Assembly: GCF_964355755.1 (NCBI RefSeq)
Contig: NC_092671.1
Span: 39,318,304-39,382,303, forward strand
Direction: 5' to 3'
Source: Antedon mediterranea
Taxonomy: Eukaryota > Animalia > Echinodermata
DNA: 64,000 nt
The translations under genes and the position numbers were made by a program. The notes beneath the pieces were generated by a model, which was not told where the DNA came from, did not search any database, and saw only the letters and a list, made by a program, of their open reading frames with translations. This document shows positions 40,966 to 53,600 of this stretch, piece after piece (position 1 is the stretch's first letter; each line of letters starts with the position of its first letter).

Positions 40966-42520
40966 CTAAAACTCAACTGAAAGGTGAAAAAATCAATTTG
41001 TTAAAATAATCACCTTGTACAGTATGCCCAAATTAGTTTGAATGATACTTTATTCCTAAGCTCTGTCTACACTATCAAACTAGTTTAACAAAAAAAGTGC
41101 ATGATGTGCCCAAATATGGAAGTAATATGACATCATCATGTCCATATACTGTATGGGCACACATTTTTTTGTCAGATAAAGTTTGATAGGACTTGTAGAC
41201 AAAACTTAAATATAACAATACAGTCATATTTTCTACTCTTCTTCTTTCTTCTTGTTTCTAGTGCAATTTAGGAATGGTTTATAATGTAATTGATGTTATT
41301 AACAATATCATTAAATTCACTGCCAAAATTTGGTCAGTTGAATAATAAAAAAACCAAAAGCAACTAATTTATCTATGGAGCTATAAACTCCATGATTTAT
41401 CTTTTAAATAATTATACTAAAAATAATAATACTAAACAAGTAACTATTACTAATTTAATGCATTTAAATTTCATTCCCCTAATTTGTATGTCTTTCTATG
41501 TACAGATTCAAATTTGTATGTCAGCTGGTCTGACATTTTTATAATACTCATGCATTTTTTATACCTGTATGTTTTGCTATGCATTTTATTTGCAAAATAA
41601 AGTTTTAGATACTAAAATAACAAAACACACAACAATGTTATGTGTACTGTAATAAAATAGAAAATGAATTATAATTGAACTTAAAAATGAAATACAAGTC
41701 TTACCTAAATAATCATCATAAAGCATGTACAATGAAAACTACAGTATGTTGTGAAACCTGCACGATTACAAATACAGGTTTCATTGCTAATGCTTAAGTG
41801 GCCTGACTCAATTATCAAGGAAATCACATGACAACCAATAAGAACGCATATTACTTCCCATTATCATATTCTAATATCTGTCGCAGCTTTTCAGTGCAGA
41901 AATAGTGAATTTATGCACATATTACATTCTGTTATGAATATTCATTGCAGAGATTTAGCTTTTTATAGCAGACATTTATCAACTTGTAAATTCAATTTTA
42001 CATGGCGCAAAAATGTCTTTACGCAATTTTAATAAATATACAATAAATATGTTTTATCATTAAAAAATACCATGCATCATTGCAAATTCCATAACATCAT
42101 AATCATTTTATTCGACTATAGTCTATACACATGCATGATCATGGACCATCATGGTATTACCTGCCAGGTATGTAAAATGATACTGAATGTAGGTCTAGCC
42201 TAGTTTTTTAGTAGGCTTTGTATATGACCAGAGCCTAGAGGCCTAGCTAGGCTAACTAAAATAGAGGCCGAGGAAAGGGAATAAGAGCCAAGCCTAGCAG
42301 CTCGATAGAGGGCAGCGCCCAGCCGGGGTAGGCCTACTTCCTTCAACCAAGTAGAACAGTCTTTCTACTATCCTAACAAGGGCCTAGGCCTAGCTATCGC
42401 TGACTCAGACTGTCTGTGGGGGGATGGGCTACGTAACTCAGCTGTACTTACTAGGCCTACCTAGTACGTAGTAGGGGCCTGGGCTGGCTTTATAGTATTT
42501 AATATATAAAAACAACTCAC

Positions 42521-42660
42521 TATTATATGATTCAACATATTAAATGACAATAAAGCAGGAATAGGCCTACATTATAAGATACACATCATAAAGTGGGGTT
42601 TTTTGTGTGTGGCGGCGATGACTGTTTTTTTTTGTTTTGAAGTTGCATGTCTAGCGCCCT
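42521..42660 (-). promoter_or_regulatory. Putative non-coding first exon/promoter of the RUSC gene
   Basis: GTGAGT donor at 42520-42515. Local CpG and TAGGCCTA enrichment resembles the SLC25A12 5' end. An acceptor at 40978 lies just upstream of the ATG. Confidence 0.45.
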
Positions 42661-43487
42661 CTATGATGAAAATATATCTCTGATGATCTTGGATAACTTT
42701 TATAAAGAAATAAATTAATAAGTTTTAAAATACCACTAAAACAATCAAAGAACATTGAATACGCATTTTTTTCTCAAAATAGTGATTTATTTAAATAATT
42801 TATAATCACTGTGTTGTGGAAACATTCATTCTAATTTAATAAAAACATCTTTCACTGCAAATTAAATTTCATATGCAATAAAAATTCCCTATATTCAATC
42901 AAATATGACGAAATCACATAAATACAATATTATCTTTTAAATATTTTTATGACCTTTTTAGATTGCTTGGTGACCCATAAGAAACTTGCTGAATAAACAA
43001 TAATTGTTTAAACCTTGTTTAGGATTAGATATTAATTTTATTATACCTCTTCCACAAATAGAATATTGAAGATTAAACATTAAGTAATCATTTTTAATTG
43101 AATTATTAATTTGTAGAGTAAACAAAACAAAAAGAACATGTTAGCTGCATAAGTTAAAAAAAAGCACCCCAGAAGCAACCCTTGTCACGTCGTTTAATAC
43201 AACTGTGTGCATATTAGTAAAATGTATCCAATAGAATGACCGGAAACAGAAACCACTACAAATGACCGTTTGATTTATATCAATGTATTTATATTTATAT
43301 GCAGCATACACACAGCATAGAAACAATCCATATTACACCTAGATATCATCACACAATGACAATATGCCAATGTTTAATTTATTTCCTAATACAAATATCG
43401 GTGGTATATTATTACACACACAAATAGCAAACAGCAAAGTTGTACATTTTTATATGCTTCATAGTTTGTTTGCATGGTTAGATTTTG

Positions 43488-44262
43488 ATATGCCCAAATA
43501 TAGTAGTGATATGCCCAAATATGGTAGTAATATGACATCATCATGTCCATATATGGGCACATCACAATTTTTTTCATAGTGTAGGCACAGTTTATATTCA
43601 GGGTGTACTAACATTTTAAGGTACCATGTTTACATAGTACATATATTGTAATAGCTTTGAAATAATTTACTTAAATCTCTGTCTACAAAAAAAGTGTGAT
43701 GTGCCTAAATATGGTAGTGATATGACATCATCATGTCCATATATGGGCACATCACAATTTTTTCATAGTGTAGGCACAGTTTATATTCAGGGTGTACTAA
43801 CATTTTAAGGTACCATGTTTACATAGTACATATATTGTAATAGCTTTGAAATAATTTACTTAAATCTCTGTCTACAAAAAAAGTGTGATGTGCCTAAATA
43901 TGGTAGTGATATGACATCATCATGTCCATATATGGGCACATCACAATTTTTTCATAGTGTAGGCACAGTTTATATTCAGGGTGTACTAACATTTTAAGGT
44001 ACCATGTTTACATAGTACATATATTGTAATAGCTTTGAAATAATTTACCTAAATCTCTGTCTACAAAAAAAGTGTGATGTGCCTAAATATGGTAGTGATA
44101 TGACATCATCATGTCCATATATTGGCACATCACATTTTGTTGTCACATCACATTTTGTTGTCACCTAAAGTTTGATAGTGTTGACAGAGCTTTATATTCA
44201 GAGTGTACTAACATTTTAAGGTACTTTATATAGTATATTTTAGCTTTGAAATAATTTACTTA
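43488..44262. repeat. ~190-bp tandem array of MITE A plus flank, about 4 units
   Basis: Equivalent positions at 43561, 43751, 43940 and 44129; units near-identical. Confidence 0.9.
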
Positions 44263-44376
44263 AGAATGTAACAACAATTCAAAGAGGTTACTCTAATAAT
44301 TTAACGGTTGCTTACTTACACACATTGTATGAAAGTACTTTGATAATATACGGTTGGAATACTAATCTATTACTTA

Positions 44377-44520
44377 AGCTCTGTCTACATTATCAAACTT
44401 TACGTGATGTGCCCATATGGATATGATGATGTCATATCACTACCATATTTAAGCATATCACTACCATATTTGGGCAAATCACAATTGTTGTCAAACTAGT
44501 TTGATAGTGTAGACAGAGCT
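44377..44520. mobile_element. MITE family A copy
   Basis: Both TIRs, TTA TSD, in the SLC25A12 3' region. Confidence 0.8.
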
Positions 44521-44679
44521 TTACATTCTGTTTTAACGCTGGATGAGTATTAAGCAGACTACCACATTAGTATCTATATTGCTATTTTTAAAATGGTTGT
44601 TTTACTAAAAGACTTTTTTCCTATAACAGTATAAAGGCAACATATTTCAGATTTTAGAATTCTATGGTTTATTTTTTGG

Positions 44680-47600
44680 CTAACTTTCTACTTTTGCGAT
44701 TGGATTTCTAAATTTTGGTAAAAATAGACCAAATTTGGATTCTACACCAGTAAATGTTGCCACAGCTAATCTTAAGCCACCAATATGTTCTGGGTTAACA
44801 GGTGGAAGGTCTGCAAGATGCATAGATTTTGATGTTTTTGAGCCTTCTGGTTGACTGAAAAGAAAAAGAAAGAACGAATGTTTATTTGCTATGTCTGATA
44901 TTGTCACGAATATTATTTTACTATCTAATTTTCTTTTTAAAAAAAGCGTCATTAAAGCATGGTTTCCACTAGAACGCAATGCAACGACACAAAGTGCTGT
45001 ATTGCATAATCACAAGTGCGAACCGACAACGCAACAGTGCTGCAAACATTGCTATGGGAAATAAAATCAGTTTGATTTCATGCAACAACGCAAGGCAAAA
45101 GAACACTGGAAAACATAGTACAGTACATACTCAAAAGTTCGCAGAGTGCACCAGGTCACTAACTCACTAATGTTGACTCATAATAGGCAGGTTTGATTTC
45201 ACGCAGACGGGGGCAAACAATTATTGGAAGGTCAGTTTCTTAGTTTTCGTAGGTTGCGTTACGCCGCGTCACTAGTGGGAACCACACTTTAAAGGCAGCG
45301 GTACGACATGAATAGTGTACATCATCCACACTTGCACACTGGTTATCCTCAAACATTTCAACAATATTGTAGGTATATCAATTAGTAGTACTTACTTTCC
45401 ACCAAAGTCAACAGGAAGATATCTTTGCAGTAATTCATACGTGAGTAAAGTCACACCAAACTGAGGTGATGAACGACACACACGAGCTGCAAAAATAAAC
45501 AAAATGCACAATTTTTAAAAAAAGTGAATAATAGTTTACAAGTGACGTGCTTTTCTGTTGATTCAATAGATGAAAAAAAAGTCTTTATTTTTATTTGAAT
45601 TTACTGGATCAACAAAAAAGAACATCGTCACATGATATTTTTTCATAGTTAACAATAACTAGTCCTACTAGTTTGACAAAAAGTGTGATGTGCCCAAATA
45701 TGGTAGTGATATGACATCATTATGTCCATATATGGGCACATCACATTCTTTTGCCACATAAAGTTTGATAGTGTAGACAGAGCTTTAATTAAGTTAACAA
45801 ATCTTAAGTATACATTTACTATCCCATGGATTACTTACCACCGGCACCTTTCCAGAATGCAGTTCCACCCTCTTCTGCCCAAATCTTTCTTGCACAGTCA
45901 AAGACACCGGCATAGGTTGTCTGGCCACTACGTGCCACCACCTGCAGCCTCGTCTTGATCACATCTGCTGGTGTTACAAGAGAAGCTGCTGGTGCACCTG
46001 CATAAAGAAGTAACATGACATTTAATATTAATGAAAATAGCTTTATTTTTAAAACAAATGTATTAGTATTATTATTGAATTGAAATATATATTTATACTG
46101 GGTAACCTCTTCAGTCAAAGACTGGTCTCCCAGAGGGCCCAGTTGGTGATCAGTGGCTGTGATGTACTAGTACACCGGGGTAACCCCCTACTTGTCTCGA
46201 AAGATGTACTAGGTTCTTTAAAGTGCACACGAGCTAGATGTGTTCACTGGACCTACGGTTTATAGTCCTTATCCGAGAAGACTCGTTCTACTACCAGAAC
46301 CATGGAGTGAGTGAGCCTCGAACCCATGCCGATGTAATGGCTACGTAAGTACGGTTCCACTGTCTTAAATGCTCGGCCACTCACTCACTCATTCGTATTA
46401 ATAATATAATAATAACAGAATTAAACACAGTGAAAATGTTCCTATTAAGGCTATCTCTAAAGCCCTGTCCACACTATCAAACTTTATGTGACAACAAAAT
46501 GTGATGTGCCCATATATGGGCATGATGATATCATATGACTACCATATTTGGGCATATCACTACCATATGGGCACATCACACTATAGTTTGATAGTGTAGA
46601 TAAAGCTTTAACATATGCAAATATTATTATAATGTGATTGTTATAACTTACCTGAGATTGTAGCTGCCGTTAGCAATGACAAAGGACTATTGTGACCATT
46701 CTCATCAGCAAAGTATTTTTTAAAATGTGCATATGAGGTAAAATACAATGCAGAGAAAGGTATATCACGCAGAAAACAAGCACGAGCTCCCTAGGAAAGG
46801 CAAGTAAAGATATAACAGAGTTAAATAAACAAGCACAGGCTCCCTAAAGCTCTGTCTACACTATCAAACTTTATGTGACAAAACAATGTGATGTGCCCAT
46901 TGACATGATGATGTCATTGGACACTACCATATTTGGGCATATCACTACCATATTTGGGCACATCACACTTTTTTGTCAAACTAGTTTGATAGTGTAAACA
47001 GAGCTTTAGAAATGTAATTCCCTAAATAATCAACCAGAAAATAATTAAAAAATTAATATTACCTTGTAAAGACCAAATATGCCAAGATCTTTGATGACGT
47101 TGATTGCACTCACTCGTGGGCCACCAGCAATCTCACCTGCTACTTGCAATCGGATCTTAACAATTTCTAGCGGGTTAGTGAACATAACTTGAGAGCCTCC
47201 AGCCTATGATAAAAGAAATAGATAATAGAGGTTGCAGTAACAATTGGAGCTGTAGCTTGGTGGTTAACATGCTTGCTCTCCAATACCAATTTCCAAGGTT
47301 CAATCCTGACCTAGTGTCAAGGTTCAATCCTGACCTAGTGTCAAGGTTCAATCCTGACCTAGTGTCAAGGTTCAATCCTGACCTAGTGTCAGGATTGTAG
47401 CTCGCAACTCTTTCAACTCCACTCCCTTAGCCTCAAATGAGACTTAGTTTATAATGACGGTAAAATATATAATAGTTTATCCATCCTGTAATTGGCAAGT
47501 TTTTGCTCGCTGTTAGATGCATATAAAATTTAACATTAAATAAAATTATTACATTTTGTAGATTTCAGTACAATCTTGCATATACATTTTAAACAAAAAA

Positions 47601-50600
47601 ATCAGATGTATTCATTTTAATTTCTTTTATATTTTAAAATCTATAAGATTTACCATGGCAACAATTCTTAGGCACACAATATTAAAATGTTAAAGATTGA
47701 TGAAACATGTACTTACACAACCACCAGCTAAGATTTCACCCCAAAGGGGCAGTGATCCATCTTTATTGCGCACTTTATCTCGTACCAAATCGTTCATTGT
47801 TAGCTTTATGGCCTTCTCTGGGGCTACACCTACAATTTGTGGCAATAGACCTGAAAAAAGAAAAAAATATATGACAATTTACAAGGATTTGAAACAATTC
47901 TTAAAAATACAGTACCTGTAGTATTAAACATGGTAGACAGTAGAATAAATTAAAACACTGCTCTTTAAACTTCAATATAATTTAGTGGTTACGAGAAAAA
48001 TCTTATTACTACTAGATTTGAACCCCAGCCTTGAAGGAAAAACAGTGAGTGCGTGGCCGAGCAGTTAAGACAGTGGAACCGTGATTACGTAGCCATAACA
48101 TCATCAAGGGTTTGAGGCTCACTCACTCCATGGTTATGGTGGTAGAACAAGTAGGATAAGGACTATAAACCGTAGGTCCACTGTACACATCTGGCTTATG
48201 TGCACTTTAAAGAACCTAGTACATCCTTCGAGACGAGTAATGCGTTACGCCGGTGTACACACACAGCCACTGATCATAACTGGGCCTTCTGGGAGTGCAA
48301 CTACTAATTACCTCTGTACAATCCAAATATTCCTTCAAACCTGACTACCTTTGTGAAGCAGTCAATACTGTTCTTGTACATCAGCTCTCCCACCACTGAG
48401 CCACCACGCTGGTTCTGCATCCTTGTTTTCACCAAATCTATTGGGTAAACGGCCGTAGCACCGGTAGCTGAAAGCAAAAAAGACAAAGCATAATTACGTA
48501 TCTGCTGAAAGTGACTAACAAGGACATCCACAATTACCTTCTATGTCTGCTATTTAAAACAATGTACAGTACTGTTTATGTATCAGTATATCTTTATTAA
48601 TCCCTCATGGGGCAATTAACAAAATGAAAGAAAAGGATTACATCATCTTACAATCAAAAGTACAAATTACATCAAATAAAAAACTCTTAAGAATTTTAAA
48701 ATGTTTAAGTTAATACAATAAAAAGTTAAAATTTATAAAATGTTATTTATTGAAAAGTCTGATGGCACAAATTAATTATTTTTGCAAGTTTTACACCTAT
48801 AATGAGGGGTGCAGGTCAAGTCGGCCCCAAACCGTCTCGGCCCAAGTCAAGTCGGCCCCACGTCAAGTCGGCCCCAAGTCAACTCGGCCTCAAGTCAATT
48901 CGGCCTCAAGTCAACTCGGCCTCACGTCAACTCGGCCAAAAAGTAATCGGTCAACTCGGCCACAATAAAGTATGGAACGCAATAAGTGCTTAATATTATT
49001 ATGATTATTACTATCCACTCTTTAAAAAAAAAATAAGAAAAATACTCATATAAAAAAATGATCTCATTGCCGATATGAATAGAAAAAGTAGGCCTACCCG
49101 CGTGTTACAAAACACCTGCAGGTACCACATTACAGTAAATCGAAGACGTAGGCCTACGTTCCACCATGGAGCTTATTATAGCTCCATGGTTCCACCATTT
49201 GGCCATAGAAAAATGATCGTACATATCGTTTTTGTCCATGATTTGCGTTTTTAAAAGAGGGGAATCACCCGGTCAGCGAAAACACGTAGCAGTTGTAGAT
49301 ATCGAAATAGCTGCCAAATGTGCAGCTACGAATTGGTTTCAGATGTTTTCGCCTAATCAAATACATACAATGAAGAAATCTACGCTTGATTCAGCCATGG
49401 AGTTAACATTATTTAATACCTCAATGATTCAACCAAACAATCTAATTACACCTAATAAATGTCCTCGCATATCGGACATGTTTATTGAATTTTGACGCAC
49501 GAACGAACATACGCGCCCACGTACGTCATCATCATTATTGGGTCTACAAAATGTGTTCCTATTTATTTTCCAATTGATCATATTGTAATCATTAATAATA
49601 GTATGAAGCTTATTAATCAATTGTTTGTTAATTTTATTAAACGTAAATAAAGGAAAGATGGTGAAATCCTTATTTTTTTTGCTAAATATATTATTGTCTA
49701 AATATTAATATTCATTAGAAGTCAGAATTATTCATAGGTAAAAAAATGTGAAGAAATATTATTTTATCAATCCCCTTCCTTTGCACCTTTTGCATTCCAT
49801 ACTTTAACGGGGCCGAGTTGACCGATTATTTTTTGGCCGAGTTGACGTGAGGCCGAGTTGACTTGAGGCCGAGTTGACTTGGGGCCGACTTGACTTGGGG
49901 CCGACTTGACTTTGGCCGAGACGGTTTAGGGCCGACTTGGATCGAAATCATAATGAGAGACAGCATGGGGCAAAACTTCAAATTCCTTATAAATAGTGTG
50001 GTTAAAATTGCCATACTTTTTTTAAATATTTGTCTATCACAAAAGAAGATAGATTACGTAGGTTACAACCTGTTTTACTTTGAAACTATGTTAACAATTT
50101 TTTTAAAGGACATTTTTTGTAAGGAATTTGTTTCCTTGACCCTCAGATTATAGACTGGCAGATGAAAGAAAAGGTGAGAACAATCTCAATAACAGAGTTA
50201 TAAAATACTATACAATATATGTCTGCTTGTTGGAACAATACAGGGTTTTTGTAAGTTTTTTAATGTCTTTTCATGAACGTTTTTTAATCTATTCCCCTAA
50301 AAAAAAACAGGACCATATGTAAAACAGGTGAAATATCTATACCTGTATTTATTTTTATCCTGTATAAATATATTTTTCAATAAATAAATAACTAAAATAC
50401 AATGTGACAATGACATTTTGTTAAAGTTGTCACATTACTGGCACAAAGGGGGCATTTGAATTTGATAAATTTATCAGGCAGATATAATACAATGATATTT
50501 ATTAATATCTTTGTAATGTTTGCTGTAGAGAAGGACATTGATTTTTAACTTTGAGAATTAAAAAACGTTATTGGCTCTATTCAATTTTCTTTTAGTTGTA

Positions 50601-53600
50601 AGTTTTCCAAATATGTTTATTTTTCTAAATAAATTTTAATGAGACAAAAAAAACCCAAATACTTACCCCCAGCAACAGAACCCAAGGCAAACCTATAGAC
50701 AGACTCAGCCACCTGTACCAATACGGTTCTGTCTACTTCTGTTTTTGGCTGTTCTGTTTGTTGACGGACTAAGTCAGCTCCTGGCGCTATCTTGTCTATG
50801 TCTCCCATTCTTATACGCCTAGACACAAACGATACCATTAAAACCATACCATCAAAGAGTCATATATGCAGGCTGGAAATTCTTACTTATATAGTTGTGG
50901 ATGTCTAAAGCTGGTATTATTATTACGGTTACAAGAAGTAGATTCATACAGTGTAAAGCTCTGTCTACACTATCAAACTTTATATGTGACAAAAAATATG
51001 GACATGATGATGTCATTTCACTACCCTATTTAAGCATATCACTACCATCACTTTGTTTGTCAAACTAGTTTGATAGTGTAGACAGAGCTTAAGACATTCC
51101 ATGTATCTTATTAAATTGAGTTGACATGGTCCTTCTAATAGAATCACATAGACATGACACTATATTAACTTGATTACATGCCGCAACACTAAAACTACAA
51201 GGCCATAGAGTGTAACAAAAATCTACATATGTCTACAAAACATTCAGCATTGTGATAGCTTCCGCTTCCACCCAAAATTTAGAAATTGGTGTAGTCATGC
51301 AAGCTATCACAATGATTTATTTAGAGGTATATGTTTGTTTATGCTCTGTTGCTTTTTTTTCAGTCCTTAGAATGATTGATAGTAGAGACTTTACGCAACA
51401 GGACGAGAAGCCACAGGACGGTGCTCATGATTAATTTATGCATGAGCTTTAACAAAGTCGGCGGAGCTTAGCATGAAATGTTGTCATCTTAACTTTTTGA
51501 AGTCGAAAAATTTGGCATTTTTACGTTTAAGTTTGACTAGAGATAATGATCGTCTTCGCGCAAGGGTGTGTAACTAATAAAACGGCTTTATGATTTGACG
51601 CTCTAGCGAACACAGAATCTCCGTCCTGTTTCGTAAAGTCCCTGGTGAAAGTAGCATACCCTGTTGATTTATCCTGTGTACAAAGATGGAATAATATTTC
51701 TACTTCTAAGGGTGAAACTTGAGGAAATACTTGAGAGGCATGAAGAAACTCCTCTAAAAAAGTATAAAAAATGCAACATTTATAAAAAAAATACATATAA
51801 ATATATATATATATAAACATTAAAAATATGTACTCATTCATATGTGGACAATAATGATGTCATATCACTATCATATTTGGGCATATCATTATCATATTTG
51901 GGCATATCACTACCATATCTGGGCACATCACACTTTTTTTGTCAATCTAATTTGATAGTGTAGACAGAGCTTTAGCAAACTTACTTCATGGGCTTTTTTG
52001 TTTTTTGGCAATAAAGAATAAGAATTAGAGTTGACTACAAATAAATTGTTCAATATATCCCCGTACCTTTTGTTACTGCTACAGTTGGATCATACTTGGC
52101 TATTGAGTTGTATATTCTTCTCATAAGTTCCACATCTTTCAACATTGAATTGAACGCCAAAAAATATGGATAACTAACTAAATGCTTTGTTTCTCCACCA
52201 GCAACCTAAAAAGATATCTTTAAACAATTATTGTTCTATAGTAATTTTGAACAGAAATTATTATTGAAATTATTGTTCCACTATATAAAGTTGAGAGTCA
52301 AAAGATTATTGCTATGTGGACATGAATATATCATTAAATTCCCAGTGATTTACTCATTCATGGTTTGTGGGGAGGCTCCCACCTGGGGGCATACAGTAGT
52401 TCATCATGGACTATACCATTTGTGGAGAGGGGTGTTAAATGTAAATTTATACTTTACGCTCTTCGAGGAGAAAGGGCTATTGTCGGTTCATACAGTTAAG
52501 CTAGGCACAAAATAGACTTATGCAGAAAAGGCATGCTTTTTCCACTTAAAATTAGTTACAATTTTGTAAAATAAGTTATTCTTGATTTCTAAATATGGAA
52601 TACATACATTAACCAGATTTTCTTCAACGTATGGCGTTAGCATATGGCGTCTTATTGTAGTCATCACCTTCTGGAATTCTAATGCGTTGATGACACCCTG
52701 TTTTTTGGTGTCAAGTTTCTGAAATGCCTGATTTGCGTGCACTTCTTGAAGGTTCTGGCAAGGAAGCGTAACAGATCAATAGAATTAAACGAGCAAACAC
52801 ATTAACTTTAAAGAGATTTAGGCTAAAAAGATTATTATTCAATTGGAACACATTTAATGATAAATTGCATGGTACTTTCATCATGGTAGAAAATCAATGT
52901 AATATCATTTAGTTCCATCTGGTAATATTACTATTTTAGTATTCATTTCAAATGTTAATTAACCTTTGAGATAAAGAGCAAAACCATACTAAAATTAATA
53001 AGGAGGAATATAGCATCTGTCAATATTCATTAAATAAACAGATTTATTATTTAAAAAGATTTATTATTTATTCAGATTTTTAGTATAAAATAGTTTGCAT
53101 AATAGGCCAAGCAACATTTTAAATTAGGCACAGATACAACGTGGTATAAAATTGAAAAAATTGTTCATTGTATTTGTTTTAAACAAATCAACACAGTTGT
53201 TTATATTTTGGTTAATAATGTTCATTATGTTTGTTTGTTTGTTTGTTTGTTATTAATTATTTATACTGGATGACCTCTTTAGTCAAAGACTGGTTTCCCA
53301 GAGGGCTCAATTATTTGTATTGTGATCCACTACAAGAATTGCATCACTGATAATACAATCACATTAATGAAGACATATTGTAAATGTATACTCTCCTTGC
53401 AGATAGAGAGGGCTATTGTCGGTTTATCCAGGTAAGCTATGCACGAAATAGACACATAAATGATACAGTGAACTTCCTCAAACATTTTGGGCTAAAATAT
53501 CTGGTTTACAGAATGTATTTCAAATAGCAGTTTTTGTTAAAGAGCAAATTTTTTGTCAATTTACCATATAAAAAAGCCAAATGAAAGCCAATTCAATGGA

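Noticed and set aside
40409-40969. 186-aa plus-strand ORF (also 35243-35575, 34553-34771, 23813-24376, 30026-30259)
   Set aside because: Antisense shadows of RUSC coding exons.
42133-42160. CATGGAC...CATG as a further P-like footprint (also ~52405 and ~2467)
   Set aside because: No flanking 7-bp direct repeat.
47175-47400. ORFs with LNLDTRSG / RFNPDLVS repeats
   Set aside because: Translation of the 24-bp SINE tandem repeat.
48750-50153. ORFs with [12 protein letters not shown] repeats
   Set aside because: Derived from the repetitive TIRs of a non-autonomous element.
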